A stretch of 63,209 nt of DNA, counting the filler, from Olpidium bornovanus S191 (taxonomy: Eukaryota > Fungi > Olpidiomycota), in the NCBI GenBank assembly GCA_017911155.1. It is 28 parts of 28 records of this genome, joined end to end, with 100 filler letters (N's around TTAATTAATTAA, not from the genome) between each part and the next. Parts side by side here need not be neighbours in the genome. Positions count along the whole stretch, not along the records: positions 47,289 to 49,257 come from JAEFCI010002135.1; positions 49,358 to 50,912 come from JAEFCI010012901.1; positions 51,013 to 52,344 come from JAEFCI010003934.1; positions 52,445 to 55,141 come from JAEFCI010006663.1; positions 55,242 to 59,321 come from JAEFCI010009342.1; positions 59,422 to 61,286 come from JAEFCI010005254.1; 22 more parts are not named here. The stretch is one strand, 5' to 3'. Shown here piece after piece: positions 47,749 to 60,039 of the stretch. A model generated the notes under the pieces. The model saw only the letters and a list, made by a program, of their open reading frames with translations. It had not been told where the DNA came from and made no database searches. Within the stretch, counting starts at the first letter, position 1. Each line of letters begins with the position of its first letter. Made by a program: the position numbers and the translations under genes.

Positions 47749-49257
47749 ATGGCCGACGCCGCGGCCCCGACCCAGGACGAGGAGCTCCACCCCGCCGCGT
47801 GCCGCCCGCTGCCGGCCGGATCGCTGCCGCCGTCGGCCACGCCCCCCGTCCCGCTCCGGAGGGTGCCGTCCGCAAGCATCGTCCGCCCGCAGTCTTCGTT
47901 CGTACGCCGCTCGGAGAGCACGCAGTCTTTCGACCACCTCGGGGACACGCCCCCCGCGACAAGGAGCGCGAGCGACGCCGAGGGCCCGTTCTATCCGTAT
48001 CATGTTCAGAGGGCTATACAACATGTGCGCGCTGCCGTCGTCGCCAGAAAGCGGTGGGCGCGCTCGCGCAGGAAAGGGGGAAGGGGGGGGGGGCGGGGGC
48101 GTGGGTGGGGAGAAAATGGTTATGGTCGAAACCTCTCTGGGAAACTCATGGAGGTTAAAAAAATAAGGAAAAGAAAATAAAAAAAATAAACGTGCCGTTC
48201 GTGCCCCCCACCGTTTCCCTTGTTGCGCCTCGTTTGTTCCCCGCAGGATGACGTAAAGTTCTGGAGCACCCACGTGCCCAGCCAGGACGGCGAGCACGGG
48301 CATAGCGGAGAGTCCGACGGCGTCCGCATGGCGGACATGCTCAGTGAGTTCCGCGGTCCTGGCACCTCCGTCGACCGCGTAGACCGGTTAGCTTTTGCGT
48401 CAGGCACCTTCTTACAACAAGCATCCGTTTCCGTCAATACTTTCCCTCCCCGTGGAACTGCAGCTGAAGACCTCACGGAGGAGCTGAAGAAGCTGTTTTC
48501 CGAGTTCCAACAGTGCCTCGAGCTGCGAGACAGGTACATGGCGCACAGCCTGCAGCGCTTTGAGGATAATCCCAAGGATAGAGACGACTGGAAAATTTAC
48601 CCGACACCGCCCGCGCCGACGTGGGTAACGCCCTTGGGGGCTGACGCGGCGAAGCCGACGCCGTCGGCGCCGCTGCTGAAGCCAGACCACGAGGAGTTTG
48701 ATTTGGGGTGTATCGAGATCCCCGGGCCCGTCCCCTATCATTTCGAAATGGATGCGGCCGGAGTGTACCAAGTTTACGAGAACGCGCAAAGTACACGCCT
48801 GCTTATGGGGCGGCTCTGTTTACGAGGGGTCGTCGTCGTGACGTGTCAGCGCGCGTTGTCAAAAGACGCCTGACACCGAAAACTTTGTCCCTGGACACGG
48901 CACGGCCGGAATAGGCTCGAAGCCGAGGTACCACGTCCCCACTATCAAGACGTACTACCAGGATTTGGACTACGTCCTGAGTTTGATTTCGGACGGCCCG
49001 GCGAAGGTCGTCGTTCACGTTTGTGGCAGGACGGGGAATGCGACGGAAGCTGACATCCGCGAAAACTCCACCTAACACTTGACCGCCAACATCAGTCGTT
49101 TGCGTTCCGGCGCTTGCGCTTTCTAGAGAGCAAGTGGAACATGTACATCCTTTTGAACGAGTACCAGGAGCTGGCTGACACGAAGCGCGTTCCGCACCGT
49201 GACTTCTACAACGTTCGCAAAGTCGACACCCACGTCCATCATTCTAGCTGTATGAAC
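47749..49257 (+). CDS. AMD1: AMP deaminase, 3'-partial
   Basis: [63 protein letters not shown] and [22 protein letters not shown]. Confidence 0.95.
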
Positions 49258-49357
49258 NNNNNNNNNNNNNNNNNNNNNNNNNNNNNNNNNNNNNNNNNNN
49301 NTTAATTAATTAANNNNNNNNNNNNNNNNNNNNNNNNNNNNNNNNNNNNNNNNNNNN

Positions 49358-50766
49358 CATGAACCACCCGTGGTTCGTTGACGCCATCGGCGTGGAGTCG
49401 GAGGAAACCATCTACAGTTTGCCGCTGGACCAGTGGATCGGCGAACGCAACCAGCTACTACTGAACGACGTGCTGAAAGTGTTCAAGTACCAGCAGCCGG
49501 TGTACTCCGCGGAGTACGAGCTGATCGGGCCAAACCAGTCGACGATCGTGAACTACAACATCGTCCCTCTCCTCGACAACTCGACCGGCGGAGTGGTCAT
49601 CGTCCTGGAGGACATCAGCGCGGAGAAGCGGGCGATGATGACGCTGGGGCGGTACATGAGCCCGGCGCTGGCCAAGCAGGTGATGGAAGAGGGCGGCGGC
49701 GAGCTGGGCGGCAAGCGGCAGAAGGTGACGGTCCTGTTCAGCGACATCCGAAGCTTTACGACGTTCACGGAAAGAATGGAGCCGCACGACGTCGTCGAGC
49801 TCCTCAATGAGCATCTCTCCGACGCCGTCGACGCCATCCTGGCCGAGTCGGGCATCCTCGACAAGTACATAGGCGACGCGGTCATGGCGGTGTTCGGGAT
49901 CCCGTTCGTGTCCGGCGCCGACGCAATCCACGCTTGCAACACCGCGCTGCGCATGCGCGACTCCCTCGCGGCGGCGAACGAACGCCGGAGGGAGCGCGGG
50001 GAGCAAGAGCTCAGGATCGGGATCGGGATAAACACCGGGGAGTGTCTCGTAGGCAACATCGGAAACAAACAGCGGATGGAAGTGAGTGGGAAGTTCCGCG
50101 TGATTAATTAAAAAAAAATGAAAAATAAAAAATAAAAAATAAAAAATAAAAAATAAAAATAGAAGAAAGCGCTTTCGCCCTGCGGGAAGGTTTTCTTGTC
50201 CGTACCGAAAAATGAAGTTTTATTTTTTCCCCGCCGACCGACTTTTGACTTATTTCTTCCAAAAAAAATACCGACTCGTTCGCGTTTTTCTCCTTTCCTC
50301 TAAAAACCCTTCTTTTTTTCATTTTTTTTCCGTTTCTTTTGTCCAGTACACCGTCATAGGCGACCACTGCAACCTCGCCTCGCGAACCGAAGGCTTGACG
50401 AAATACTACGCCGTGCAGACGCTCGTGACGGAGTACACGCTGCAGGAGACGGGCGACTGTTTCGTCGTGCGAGAGATCGACCGAGTGATCGTGGTGGGCC
50501 GGAGCCACCGCGTCCGGATATACGAGCTCCTCGGCCGGCGCGGCGACACCCTCGACTCGCGGGTCGCCGCCGCCTGCGCCGAGTACGCCCGCGGGCTCGA
50601 GCTGTACCGAGCCCGCGAGTTCGCCGAGGCCGCGGCGGTTTTCGAGGAGAACGTCCGGAAGAACGACGACGCGCCATCGCGGGTCCTCCTCGACCGGTGC
50701 CGCGCCTACGTCGCCCAGCCGCCGCCGCCCGACTGGGACGGCGTGCACAAAGCGGGCTCAAAGTGA
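49358..50766 (+). CDS. PAS-domain class III adenylyl cyclase (cyanobacterial CyaB-like), 5'-partial
   Basis: Exons 49358-50081 and 50347-50766. PAS end (GVVIVLEDIS), VLFSDIRSFT, DKYIGDAVMA, IGIGINTG, RME/YTVIGDHCNLASR and C-terminal PPPDWDGV. Confidence 0.9.
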
Positions 50767-51061
50767 AAAAAGGCGAAGAAAAAAAAATTCCTTTGTTTGC
50801 GAAGGACAAACCAAATATCTGACTTTGCCATACCCTTCCCTCTCGCTCTCCCCCGTTTCCCCCACTCCCGTCTTCACTGCTACTTCCTCAAATATAAATT
50901 AAAAGAGACATGNNNNNNNNNNNNNNNNNNNNNNNNNNNNNNNNNNNNNNNNNNNNTTAATTAATTAANNNNNNNNNNNNNNNNNNNNNNNNNNNNNNNN
51001 NNNNNNNNNNNNAAAAAAAGAAAAAAAAACACCCCGCCGGGCCCAAAATAGGCCCCCCCAC

Positions 51062-51103
<42 letters not shown>

Positions 51104-51927
51104 AAAAAATCAAAAAAAAAAAGACGCGAAGGCGGACGCGAAAGGCTGATGCGAAAATGCGGGTGGGGAATGCGGAAATATATATGATCGCAGGAACTGC
51201 AAATAGCAGATGCGCGCGGGAGACAAAATCGCGGGATTGAGGAAAGGCAGGATTGCCCCGGGAATTGCGGCAGAAGGTCGGCGGCCGAAGGCGGCAAGCA
51301 AAGGCGGCCGCGGCGAACGGCCGATGCGGCGCGCTAGCTTGCGGGTCGGTTAGATAATATAATGACCATTGGATTTGCTTCGAGTGATGCTGGGAAGATT
51401 CCCCCTAGCTCTCGATATGAATGCGTTAAAAATCAACGTTAACCCTTGACTTCACAACCGTGGAAACCGAAAGCCCCAAAAAATATAGTTTTCCCTGGAT
51501 TCCCCTCATCATTCCCGTAACACGTCCACCGGGACAGTCTTTTCAACATCGCCGGCTAACCATCCTTTTTCTAAAGATTCGTTATATTAACATCCTGTAA
51601 GAGTTCAATAGTAAACCACATAAACATTGGTTTGCTTTGCCCCGAGAAAGGCGGCGATACAAAACAGGGCGGCGAAAGTCAGATTTAGGGGGGGGGCAAA
51701 AAAAAGAGCTGCAAGGCAAAAAGTGAAACAGTATGGCGGTAATCGAGACAAAAAAAAAACGCAAAAGAAGGAAATGCACAATTCGGCGGCTGCTCGAAGA
51801 TCTCCTCGCAAACGTGGTAAGGGGGGGGTACCGAGTGCTGAGAGGGAATTAGGAGCGGCGCCGCACTATGGCCGCGTTTCCCGGCGCCCTCTATTTCTCT
51901 CTTGGTCTCTTATCTTTTTTTTTTCAC

Positions 51928-52344
51928 GACTTCTTCATCCTGTAAACGACTGCTCCTATGACCCCGACGACAACGACGGCACATCCTATGGCGATTCCTA
52001 CGATCGCTCCCGTGCCTAATCCGCCGTCATCGTCCGGCGAGTCCGTCTGCGTCGCCGTGCTGGTGCTGGTGCTGCTGGACGTGGTCACAGAAGGAGTGGC
52101 GGTGGCCGAATCGTCCCCGAGGAGAAGGACGAACTGGGTCAGGTGATTGGCCGAGCAGGTGGCGACGCGCGTCGTCTTGTCGAAGCTCGTGGTGATGCCT
52201 GCCGTGCTCGGCTTGTTGATACTCGTGTCGATGTACGCGCAGGTGACCTTCTTGTTCGTCAGATCCACGCCGGACGGCACGCCGATGAGGAGCGTGATGG
52301 GCTGCGCGAGACCCGTTACGGAGATCTCTTGACTGCTGTCCATG
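51928..52344 (-). CDS. GPS/GAIN-domain single-pass membrane protein, 5'-partial
   Basis: ITLLI...VTCAYID...STAGI...ATCSANHLTQFVLL (GPS with HL/T site), S/T-rich stalk, one TM helix GAIVGIAIGCAVVVVGVIGAVV, then YRMKK and a splice donor. Confidence 0.72.
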
Positions 52345-52616
52345 NNNNNNNNNNNNNNNNNNNNNNNNNNNNNNNNNNNNNNNNNNNNTTAATTAATTAA
52401 NNNNNNNNNNNNNNNNNNNNNNNNNNNNNNNNNNNNNNNNNNNNCATGAGAACACGAGAAAAAAAAAACGCCAAGAAAAAAACGTCGAAGACCAGACTTC
52501 TAACATCTCGCGAATCAAGGCAACTCCGTCCGTCCAACGTTCAACCTATCCGCCCCACTCCGCAGCGGGCCGAGTGCGCCTTTTCTCGTTTCACTTGCTC
52601 CGCACGGATCGCCCGA

Positions 52617-54191
52617 ATGCCCCCGTGGAGTAGTTTAGTGCTGGTCGCCGGCCTGATCGTCGCGGTGCTGCTTCTTATCTACGGCGCTCAAACGGCGATG
52701 CGGGAGGTCGGAGGGGCCGAGCAATTAGGGTCGGCGTTGCTTTTTGAGTCGGCGGTCGCAGCAGCGCGAAGCTGCCCCCCGGCGGGTCCCGTCTACTTCA
52801 GCCGGAAGGGCGAGGTCTCGTGTCCGCTGCACGAGCTCGATTTCCCCATCCAGTCGGCCAACATCGAGCTGGACCCAAAAATCTGGTCGTACCTCGAGGT
52901 CGGCTTTTTGGTCGCGCGAGGACGCGCGTACGGGATGGACGGACGGGGGGCCTGCTCGGCCCACCCGCCCTTCTTTCGTTTGCGGCCCGCCCTCCTCTCG
53001 CGTCGACCTCGTGCACTCTTGTCCACGACCGCGGCTGTATTTAACCCCTGATGAATGTCGCACCAAATGTTACGCATCGCGTCAGGCTCCGCTCAAGTGG
53101 AAAATGATGGTTTTCCCGTCTTCGAAAGACTGGATCAGCCAATCGGCCACTGTCAACAACGGGAACCAGATGTTTGAGAACTTTTTGAAGGTATTCTTCT
53201 ACCAGGCCTTGCACCCCACAAACGGCACACAAGTTCCCGAGTCGCCGCTTATCATTGACGTCGGAGCCAACATTGGGTAAACTCCTTTTTGGCTGCTCTG
53301 GCAAAAGTTGGCGGCGTTCGGGGCACTCCAGAAGAATGTTTTTCTCTTTTTCGCTCTTTTTGTTCGTGCGCTGAGAAATTCGGATCTTTTGCGCAGGATT
53401 CACACGCTGTTCTTCGGTGCCCTAGGTTATCGCACGCACGCCTTCGAACCCGTTAAGGCGACCTACGCACTGCTGGCCTGCTCGGTCGCCTCGAACGAGA
53501 ACATGCACTCCATCGTCCGGGTGAACAACTTTGGCCTGTCTGACAAGCTCGCCGTAGGACAATGCTTTGGCGTTCAAGAGGGCAACCAGGGCCACGCGTA
53601 TGTTGACAAGGGGAACAAGTGCGACCCCTCTTTGACCACCAGCATGACCACCATGGACTTCTACTGGAACGCCGTGCTCCGCAGAGAGCGGCCGTTCCTG
53701 ATCAAGGCCGACATAGAGGGCTACGAGCCGTTTTTCTTTCGCGGTGCTACCGAAATGCTCAAGACCGCGCCGCCGGTGCATGGCCGTGAACAATTTGCGT
53801 TGCGTTTGCTTTTATACGATTACCAGGCGTGTCGGCTCGGGCATGAGACGTAATGTCATAATTATTATTTACTCCTCGCCTTCCGCCTCTCTTTCTCAAA
53901 CTCTCGCCCCAGGTGTACGTCTTCATGGAACTTTCCCCGTTCTCTTCCGAGTCGTACGGCGTAAAGGTCGCCCAGTTCTTGAAAGACCTGATCGCGGACG
54001 GCTGGAAGATAGACATAATCCGGGGTGACGACTTTTTCACGTCCGGCAGGCGCACTCCGCGGGACGGCCGGGTCGTCGACGATCAGGCGATTGCCGACCT
54101 TGCCGGGTCCAGGGACGGCCAGATCTGGGACCTGCGATTGACCCATCTGCCCACGCACGAGCTGTGGAAGAACGGGACAATCAGGTTCTGA
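52617..54191 (+). CDS. FkbM-family (Methyltransf_21-like) SAM methyltransferase with N-terminal membrane anchor, four exons
   Basis: TM SLVLVAGLIVAVLLLIYG; IIDVGANIG/IHTL...THAFEP; NFGLSD; LIKADIEGYE; VFMELSP. Confidence 0.85.
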
Positions 54192-56333
54192 ACGAGGTCT
54201 GTAATTCACGCTTTCGGATGAAGCGAAATTGGTTTTATGTTTAGCAACTTGTAACGTAAGAGCTGCCCAGCGCGAATGGATATAGTGGTTGCTGTTCATT
54301 GCGTTAGTGAGAACGGCAGTCATCTCGAGCTACCGGGAAGTTAAAAAGGGTGCCGCGGGTGCGGGTAAATGCCAGTGGCCTGCTTCTCTCATGTGCTCCC
54401 ATGGAAAAATACAAATGCGACATTGCGGGCCGCGTCGACGGCCCTGTTCCACACAGTCTAGCACTTACCACAGTGCCGTACGAGCCAGATCTCGTTGTAA
54501 TCAGGCCCATTTACGCCAGGGGTGCACCACCTCTTCATTGCACGGTGACATATAGATTCGTTTTTATGACAGGTGAATGGTGCCTGAGCTCAGCTGAACT
54601 GAGGGGGGGAAGCAGAGTCGAGGGAAGTGAGTGGGTCCAGTAAAGCACCGTCTTGGGTGTTAATAAAAGTAGCTGGAAAGCCACGAAGCAAGTCAAACCC
54701 TTTTGCGTCCTTGTCTCACAGCCGCTGGGTGTGCTTGATGCCAGCCTTTCCCCTGCCACCCAGCAGCTGTGAAGGTTGACGTGCGCGCCTTTCCCTGGCT
54801 CCGGTCTCGTGTGTGGCACCTGCCCTGCCGGCAGTGGTTGCATACTGCGCTTTGCAACGGCCGTCCCGGCGTCCAAAAAACTTGTCCGCCTTCCTGCATG
54901 CAACTCGTAAAGGTTGACAGTCATGTTATAGTACTTACACGATCCAAACACGACGTTTGTGGTTTACAAGCTGTCACAATCGGATAACTGTTAGCGCAAG
55001 ACAGGGACTGCTTGCTGTCAAAGAATTGCTCAACCGTGTAGCAGAGCTGCATGCAGTTGGCCTCGCGAAGCCAACGTGGTGTTTCCTCCTGTGCCACGTT
55101 CACGCGGGAGAATTATTGCGGAAACAATTGCAAATTGCATGNNNNNNNNNNNNNNNNNNNNNNNNNNNNNNNNNNNNNNNNNNNNTTAATTAATTAANNN
55201 NNNNNNNNNNNNNNNNNNNNNNNNNNNNNNNNNNNNNNNNNCATGACCGCCGCTCGGCAGGCTGCCCCGGAGAGGGGCTTGACGTAGCCCGGAGGGTTTG
55301 ATGCCACCGTAGCGGGCGCGCCGTGACACCACCGCCCCGCTCGCGCGCACCTTTCCCCAAAGTTAGAGCACGGTCAGCACCCAGACGGCTGAGAACGAAT
55401 AGAAAATGTCTCAAAACGGAGCACTTTTGGCCTTCTTTTGACGACTGTGAAGCGGAGGCACGTTCAATCAGCGAACGGTCAACGCAGGAATATTCTTCTC
55501 ACCAGCGCGCATCCGCTGCAACAAACTGTTTGAGAATCGGCGCTCTCTCCGCAGAGAACGAGACCCTCGGGGCTTGGGAAATGTGCACCCCCTTCTCCGT
55601 TTCACCGGAAACGAATTCTGGGTGTTCCTGACCTTCTCCCGCCATTCCTGATTCGGTAGCGGAGGAGGTTGCATTTCTCGTCCTCCGTCAAACGCGCCCG
55701 AGGGTCCCCAAGGAGGTCCCGGAACATTGTGGTGCAGATGCCCGGCAGGCACGAGGTGATCGTGTTGATGACCACTGTCTTGCGTTCTCTGCGTGTTTAC
55801 GTAAGTTTTTACACCCATATCAGTGTCTAGTAGTCAGGCAATACGACAGGAGACCCTAAGGATTCTACGCAGGGGTAACGCCGGCTGGTGCGCTCGGTGC
55901 CCCTTTATCCAACAGTGGGGGTCGCATATCTGTGAATTGGCGGCCCACGGAGCAAGGCGGAGAGCTGGCGGCAGGAGCGGGTGGCGCTGCTCAGTTCGCT
56001 GTCGTTAACATTTCAATAATTCGCGGGCGCCCTCAAATGCCCTTCCCCTGCAAAGCACTGGCGCCCCAAAAGCCAAAACTTGGAAAGTTCTGAACCACGC
56101 TCCGCCCGGTCGACTCGCCCTTCACAGCTGAAAACACCACAAAAAAAAAAAAAAAAAGCGCGGCGGGCCCTTGCACCTCCCCTCCCCATCCTCCTCCACG
56201 CACCGGCCGCCGCCGTCGCGAACCGGAAAACCCCGCCCGAAGTCGCGGGCTGAGGCCGCTCTCTTCCCCCTCGCTGCCGTCCCGCCCGCAGCAACCTCGG
56301 CAGCAGTAGTGGCACGGCAAAACCCCCGCCAGC

Positions 56334-58249
56334 ATGAGTTCGACTTGGAGCAGGTTCAAGCAATCGACCAGGGAGGTCATCGGGAAGTCGGAAAAGAGCG
56401 AAACCCCCGCTGACGTCCAGGAGCTCGCCGCTCATGCCGAGAGATTACAGGAGGTGCTCGAGGACGTCATGACCAAGTCAGGTAAGCGTCCCCGAGCGGT
56501 AACACGCTTCCACTCCTCTGCCTCTCCATGCTGTCCCGCATTGTGTTTCTTTTCGTCCTCGTTTCCGTTTTCTTTGCGCAGCGTGCCCGCCACTTGCTCG
56601 CTGCGCTCGGCGCTTTTCCCGCCTTTCCCCTACTTTCCAGTCCTGACGAAGGTTCTGCTTGCACGGTGTCAAAGAGTTCTGGATTGTGCCCGAGAAGGCG
56701 AAGAGCGCGCCGGCAGGCAGGCCCCTGGTGACGCTTGGCTCAGCGTGGACCACCTTAGCGGACCAGTTCAAGGATCAGGAAACCCGCCGATTTATCCAGG
56801 ATGTGCGTGGAACGGGCAGGCGTGGTTGCTCTGGCCCAGGCGAGCAAAACACTCTCCCTGTTCTCGTGGTATCGTGGTACCGGTTCTGAATGCCATGATT
56901 CCTTTTTTGCCTTCAGGCAGCCGACACCGTAACGCAGATTGGTGAGAGGAAGTGAGTACGGGCGCACGTTTTCTTCCGGAAGGCCTGGTAAATCGTAAGA
57001 TCCGAAACCTACACTACGCTGCAAATTTCAGGGCGGAAATCGACACGAAGGTGTGGACCGGTTACATGGAACCGAAAACCCAGATTTTGCGGATGCACGG
57101 TACGGTGATGATTGATTAGTTTGCGATCTTCTCTCCTCGCTCTAATGGTCTGTTTCCAACAGTGAAAGAAGGGCACAGCGCGATTGAAAAGCTGAAGACG
57201 CGGCGTCTTGATCTGGATTCAAAAAAGCACAAGCTGAACCACGCCGACGCGGACAAGGTGGCCCATTATCAGCAAAGCGTGGCATTGGCGCAGGATCGAT
57301 ACGACCAAACGGTCAACAACATTCGGGAATATCTAGGACCGCTGGCAGACGATGCGGTCGTCGGAAGCGGGCAGGCTGATCAGGTGGCGGTTGCGCTTGC
57401 AGGGATGCTTGAGTGTTTCCGGAAGGGCGCTCAGATGTTGGAGGAGCTAAACGCGCGGGTCGGGTTCTTGGAGCGTGCCAAGATGGCGGCAAGCCGGCCA
57501 TCGATGCCGGCGTCATTATCTTTGGAGAAGAGGGCGTCCCAGAGTTCCCTATCTTCTGCAGCTGGCGCCAGCAGGGCCGCGTCGGGGCGGAACACGCCTT
57601 CACTCACTCCCTCGTCATCGCAGACCAGCCTCAACATCGTCAGCACCTCCGTCCAACCAGTAACGCAGTTCCATTCTGCCGGCTCGCCGACCTCCAGTCA
57701 CCCCTCACTTATGAACGGTGCCGTTGCATTGCCCCATCTCCAGACATCCAACACTACGGGCGGCACCGCTGCACCGCGCCGCGGGCCGCCGCCACCGGTA
57801 GCCCAGCGCAAACCCAGCGGAATGAGCGTGCCGCAGAACGTTCCCAAGGCAGTGGCGTTGTATGACTTTATTGCGCAGGAGCCAACGGACCTCAGCTTTC
57901 GGAAGGACAACGTGATTATTCTCAAGAGTACTGACGGCGACTGGTAGGATACGTCTTATTTGAAGAGTTTGCCTTGTTTGTGGGGTTGGGGTTTGGGGTT
58001 GGGGTTGGAGGAAGGCGGATGGGAAGGTTAAGGGTGGGATTTATGCGCTTATGGTTGTCCATTTCCATCGATCCGTGAAATTTAGGTGGGAGGGCACACT
58101 CAACGGAAAAACAGGGTAATGTTCCTGACCTCGCTTATTTGGGTGCTGCTAGTGAATATTTGAAACCCAATTTAGCTAATTCAAAATTTTGCGTCTCCTT
58201 ATTGCGCGGATACAGTTCTTTTCCACGGAATTATGTCGAGCGGATTTAG
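56334..58249 (+). CDS. BAR-SH3 protein (endophilin/amphiphysin-like), apparently complete
   Basis: N-terminal SRFKQSTREVIGKSEKSE; KLKTRRLDLDSKK; SH3 AVALYDF...DLSFRKDNVII...DW/WEGTLNGKTG/SFPRNYVE, stop TAG at 58247-58249. Confidence 0.88.
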
Positions 58250-59465
58250 TTTTTGCCATCTTAATTATCTCATCCATTTTCGGCCGCGTTATGTTCATAG
58301 TGGATTTTTTACCTTTTTGCTGACACATGTACCAGCAGCCGCGGCGTCCAAGACACTGAAAGGCATTGTCTGCACAACTTCGCCTGTTTGTAGAAATCCC
58401 GCGTTCCCCGTTCCGGTGACTATATCTTTGGCGTTTTCCCCTCGGTAACGTGGAAATGTTTGTTTTTTATTTTTACCTTTCCTGGTTCCAGATGGAATTT
58501 CTGCCACTTTGATTTTGCCCCCACCCCTTTCCAAATTTTCCGGTTTCCATTCTGCATGAATAGATCTCTCAAAACGATTTTCTCATTTATCTGCGTAGTC
58601 CAAACCAATTTTACTCGCCGGCGTATCTCTCTCTCACCGTGACTGCGTCATGAATATATTGAAAAGTCGTCGACGCGGCTGGCCGAGACGAGGAAGTAAG
58701 CGCGTCCCATCCCCCTTCCCGCATCTCTTCCCCCCTTCGCCCCCCCCCCCTCTCCGGTTGCTGTGGCGGCGGGAAATCTTGTTTTGTGTTCAAGCTCCAG
58801 ACCACACTATACGTACAAAAATCCACATCTCCCCTTCCGCCCCCTTCCCCGGACTCTCCTCAAACGGAAGCTAAAGAAAGAGGGGGAGAGATGGAAAGGG
58901 AGAGATGGGCCATCATCGCACCGAAAACGTGAGTGGAACAGAGAGGATCGAAGCTAAAATTAAAGGGAGGAAAACGGATGATAACGGTTGCTGCGCGAGG
59001 TCATGTTGATGTCGACATGTTGACGGTGAATAAATAGAAAGGTGGGGGGGAGATCGCTAGTTCGAAAATCAAACACGTTTCCGCCCAACCTCGAAAACAA
59101 TGAAGAAAAGGTAATGAGACCAAAGGCGCCTTGTCCGTGAGGGCGCTGCAAAGTGGAAGGCACGCCTTTCCCTGGGAAAAAGATCACGGTCAAGGCTCTT
59201 CATGATCTTAATAAGAGGGAGGAACTGTGGGTCGATTTTGGCAGGCGAGACTGGAATTGAGGTAGGAAGCTGGGTGGTTGCCATCGGGTATTACCATTCA
59301 TTGCCTCTGATGGATGCCATCNNNNNNNNNNNNNNNNNNNNNNNNNNNNNNNNNNNNNNNNNNNNTTAATTAATTAANNNNNNNNNNNNNNNNNNNNNNN
59401 NNNNNNNNNNNNNNNNNNNNNCATGCACTGCATTCCCGCTATTTGTCGGCGACGAAAGGTGTGTG

Positions 59466-59984
59466 TTAAACTCCTGGGAGGCTGGCGCGCTTTCGTTGCG
59501 AAAATACCCTGCGTTCTCTCTCTTTGCTGTTCGCATAAAAGAGCTGCGCTCTCCTGAATACAAGGTTCCCTTCCCTGCTCGGCCTCCGTTTCTTATATAT
59601 TTCTCCGACGTCTTTAAGCGCCGCCGGGCCTCCTTGCGCCTCGTCGCTTTCTTTAACAACCCTATCCTTGTGCACTGCGCCCCTTGTTTGTTCGCCTGCG
59701 TCTGCTCTGTGCGCTGCGCTCCTTGTTTGTTCGCCTGCTTCTGCCCTGTTCGCTGCGCGTCTCGTTTGCAGGCCTGCGTCTGCTCCGTGCGCAGCTGCCT
59801 TGCTGCTTTGCTGTTTTTCTTTCTTTTGGCCTCCCTCGCCTTTTCCTTTTCGCCGCCGCGCTGCCGTTCTCTTGGCTTTTGTTTGCTCGCCGTTACCCCG
59901 CGGGCCTCCTTTCGCTTTTCTTTGCTCGCCCGTTGGTTCTCCCATTCGGGCCGAGCCCCGGAGGGCACGAGACAGCTTTTTCAC
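59466..59984 (-). CDS. Hypothetical ORF with 13-aa repeats, possibly transposon-derived
   Basis: AAHGADAGLQTRR / AANRAEAGEQTRS / AAHRADAGEQTRG, encoded by the 39-bp repeat. An overlapping frame is also open, so the true frame is uncertain. Confidence 0.25.
   Translation of the reverse strand: MKKLSRALRGSARMGEPTGEQRKAKGGPRGNGEQTKAKRTAARRRKGKGEGGQKKEKQQSSKAAAHGADAGLQTRRAANRAEAGEQTRSAAHRADAGEQTRGAVHKDRVVKESDEAQGGPAALKDVGEIYKKRRPSREGNLVFRRAQLFYANSKERERRVFSQRKRASLPGV
59670..59786 (+). repeat. 39-bp minisatellite, 3 copies
   Basis: Copies at 59670-59708, 59709-59747 and 59748-59786. Confidence 0.9.
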
Positions 59985-60039
59985 ACAAAAGCCGATAACG
60001 GCCGAGCAGTACGTGAGTGATCGCGACAGGCGTCTGATC

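Noticed and set aside
54289-55141. Short ORFs after the methyltransferase
   Set aside because: No motifs or codon bias; possibly decayed repeat sequence.
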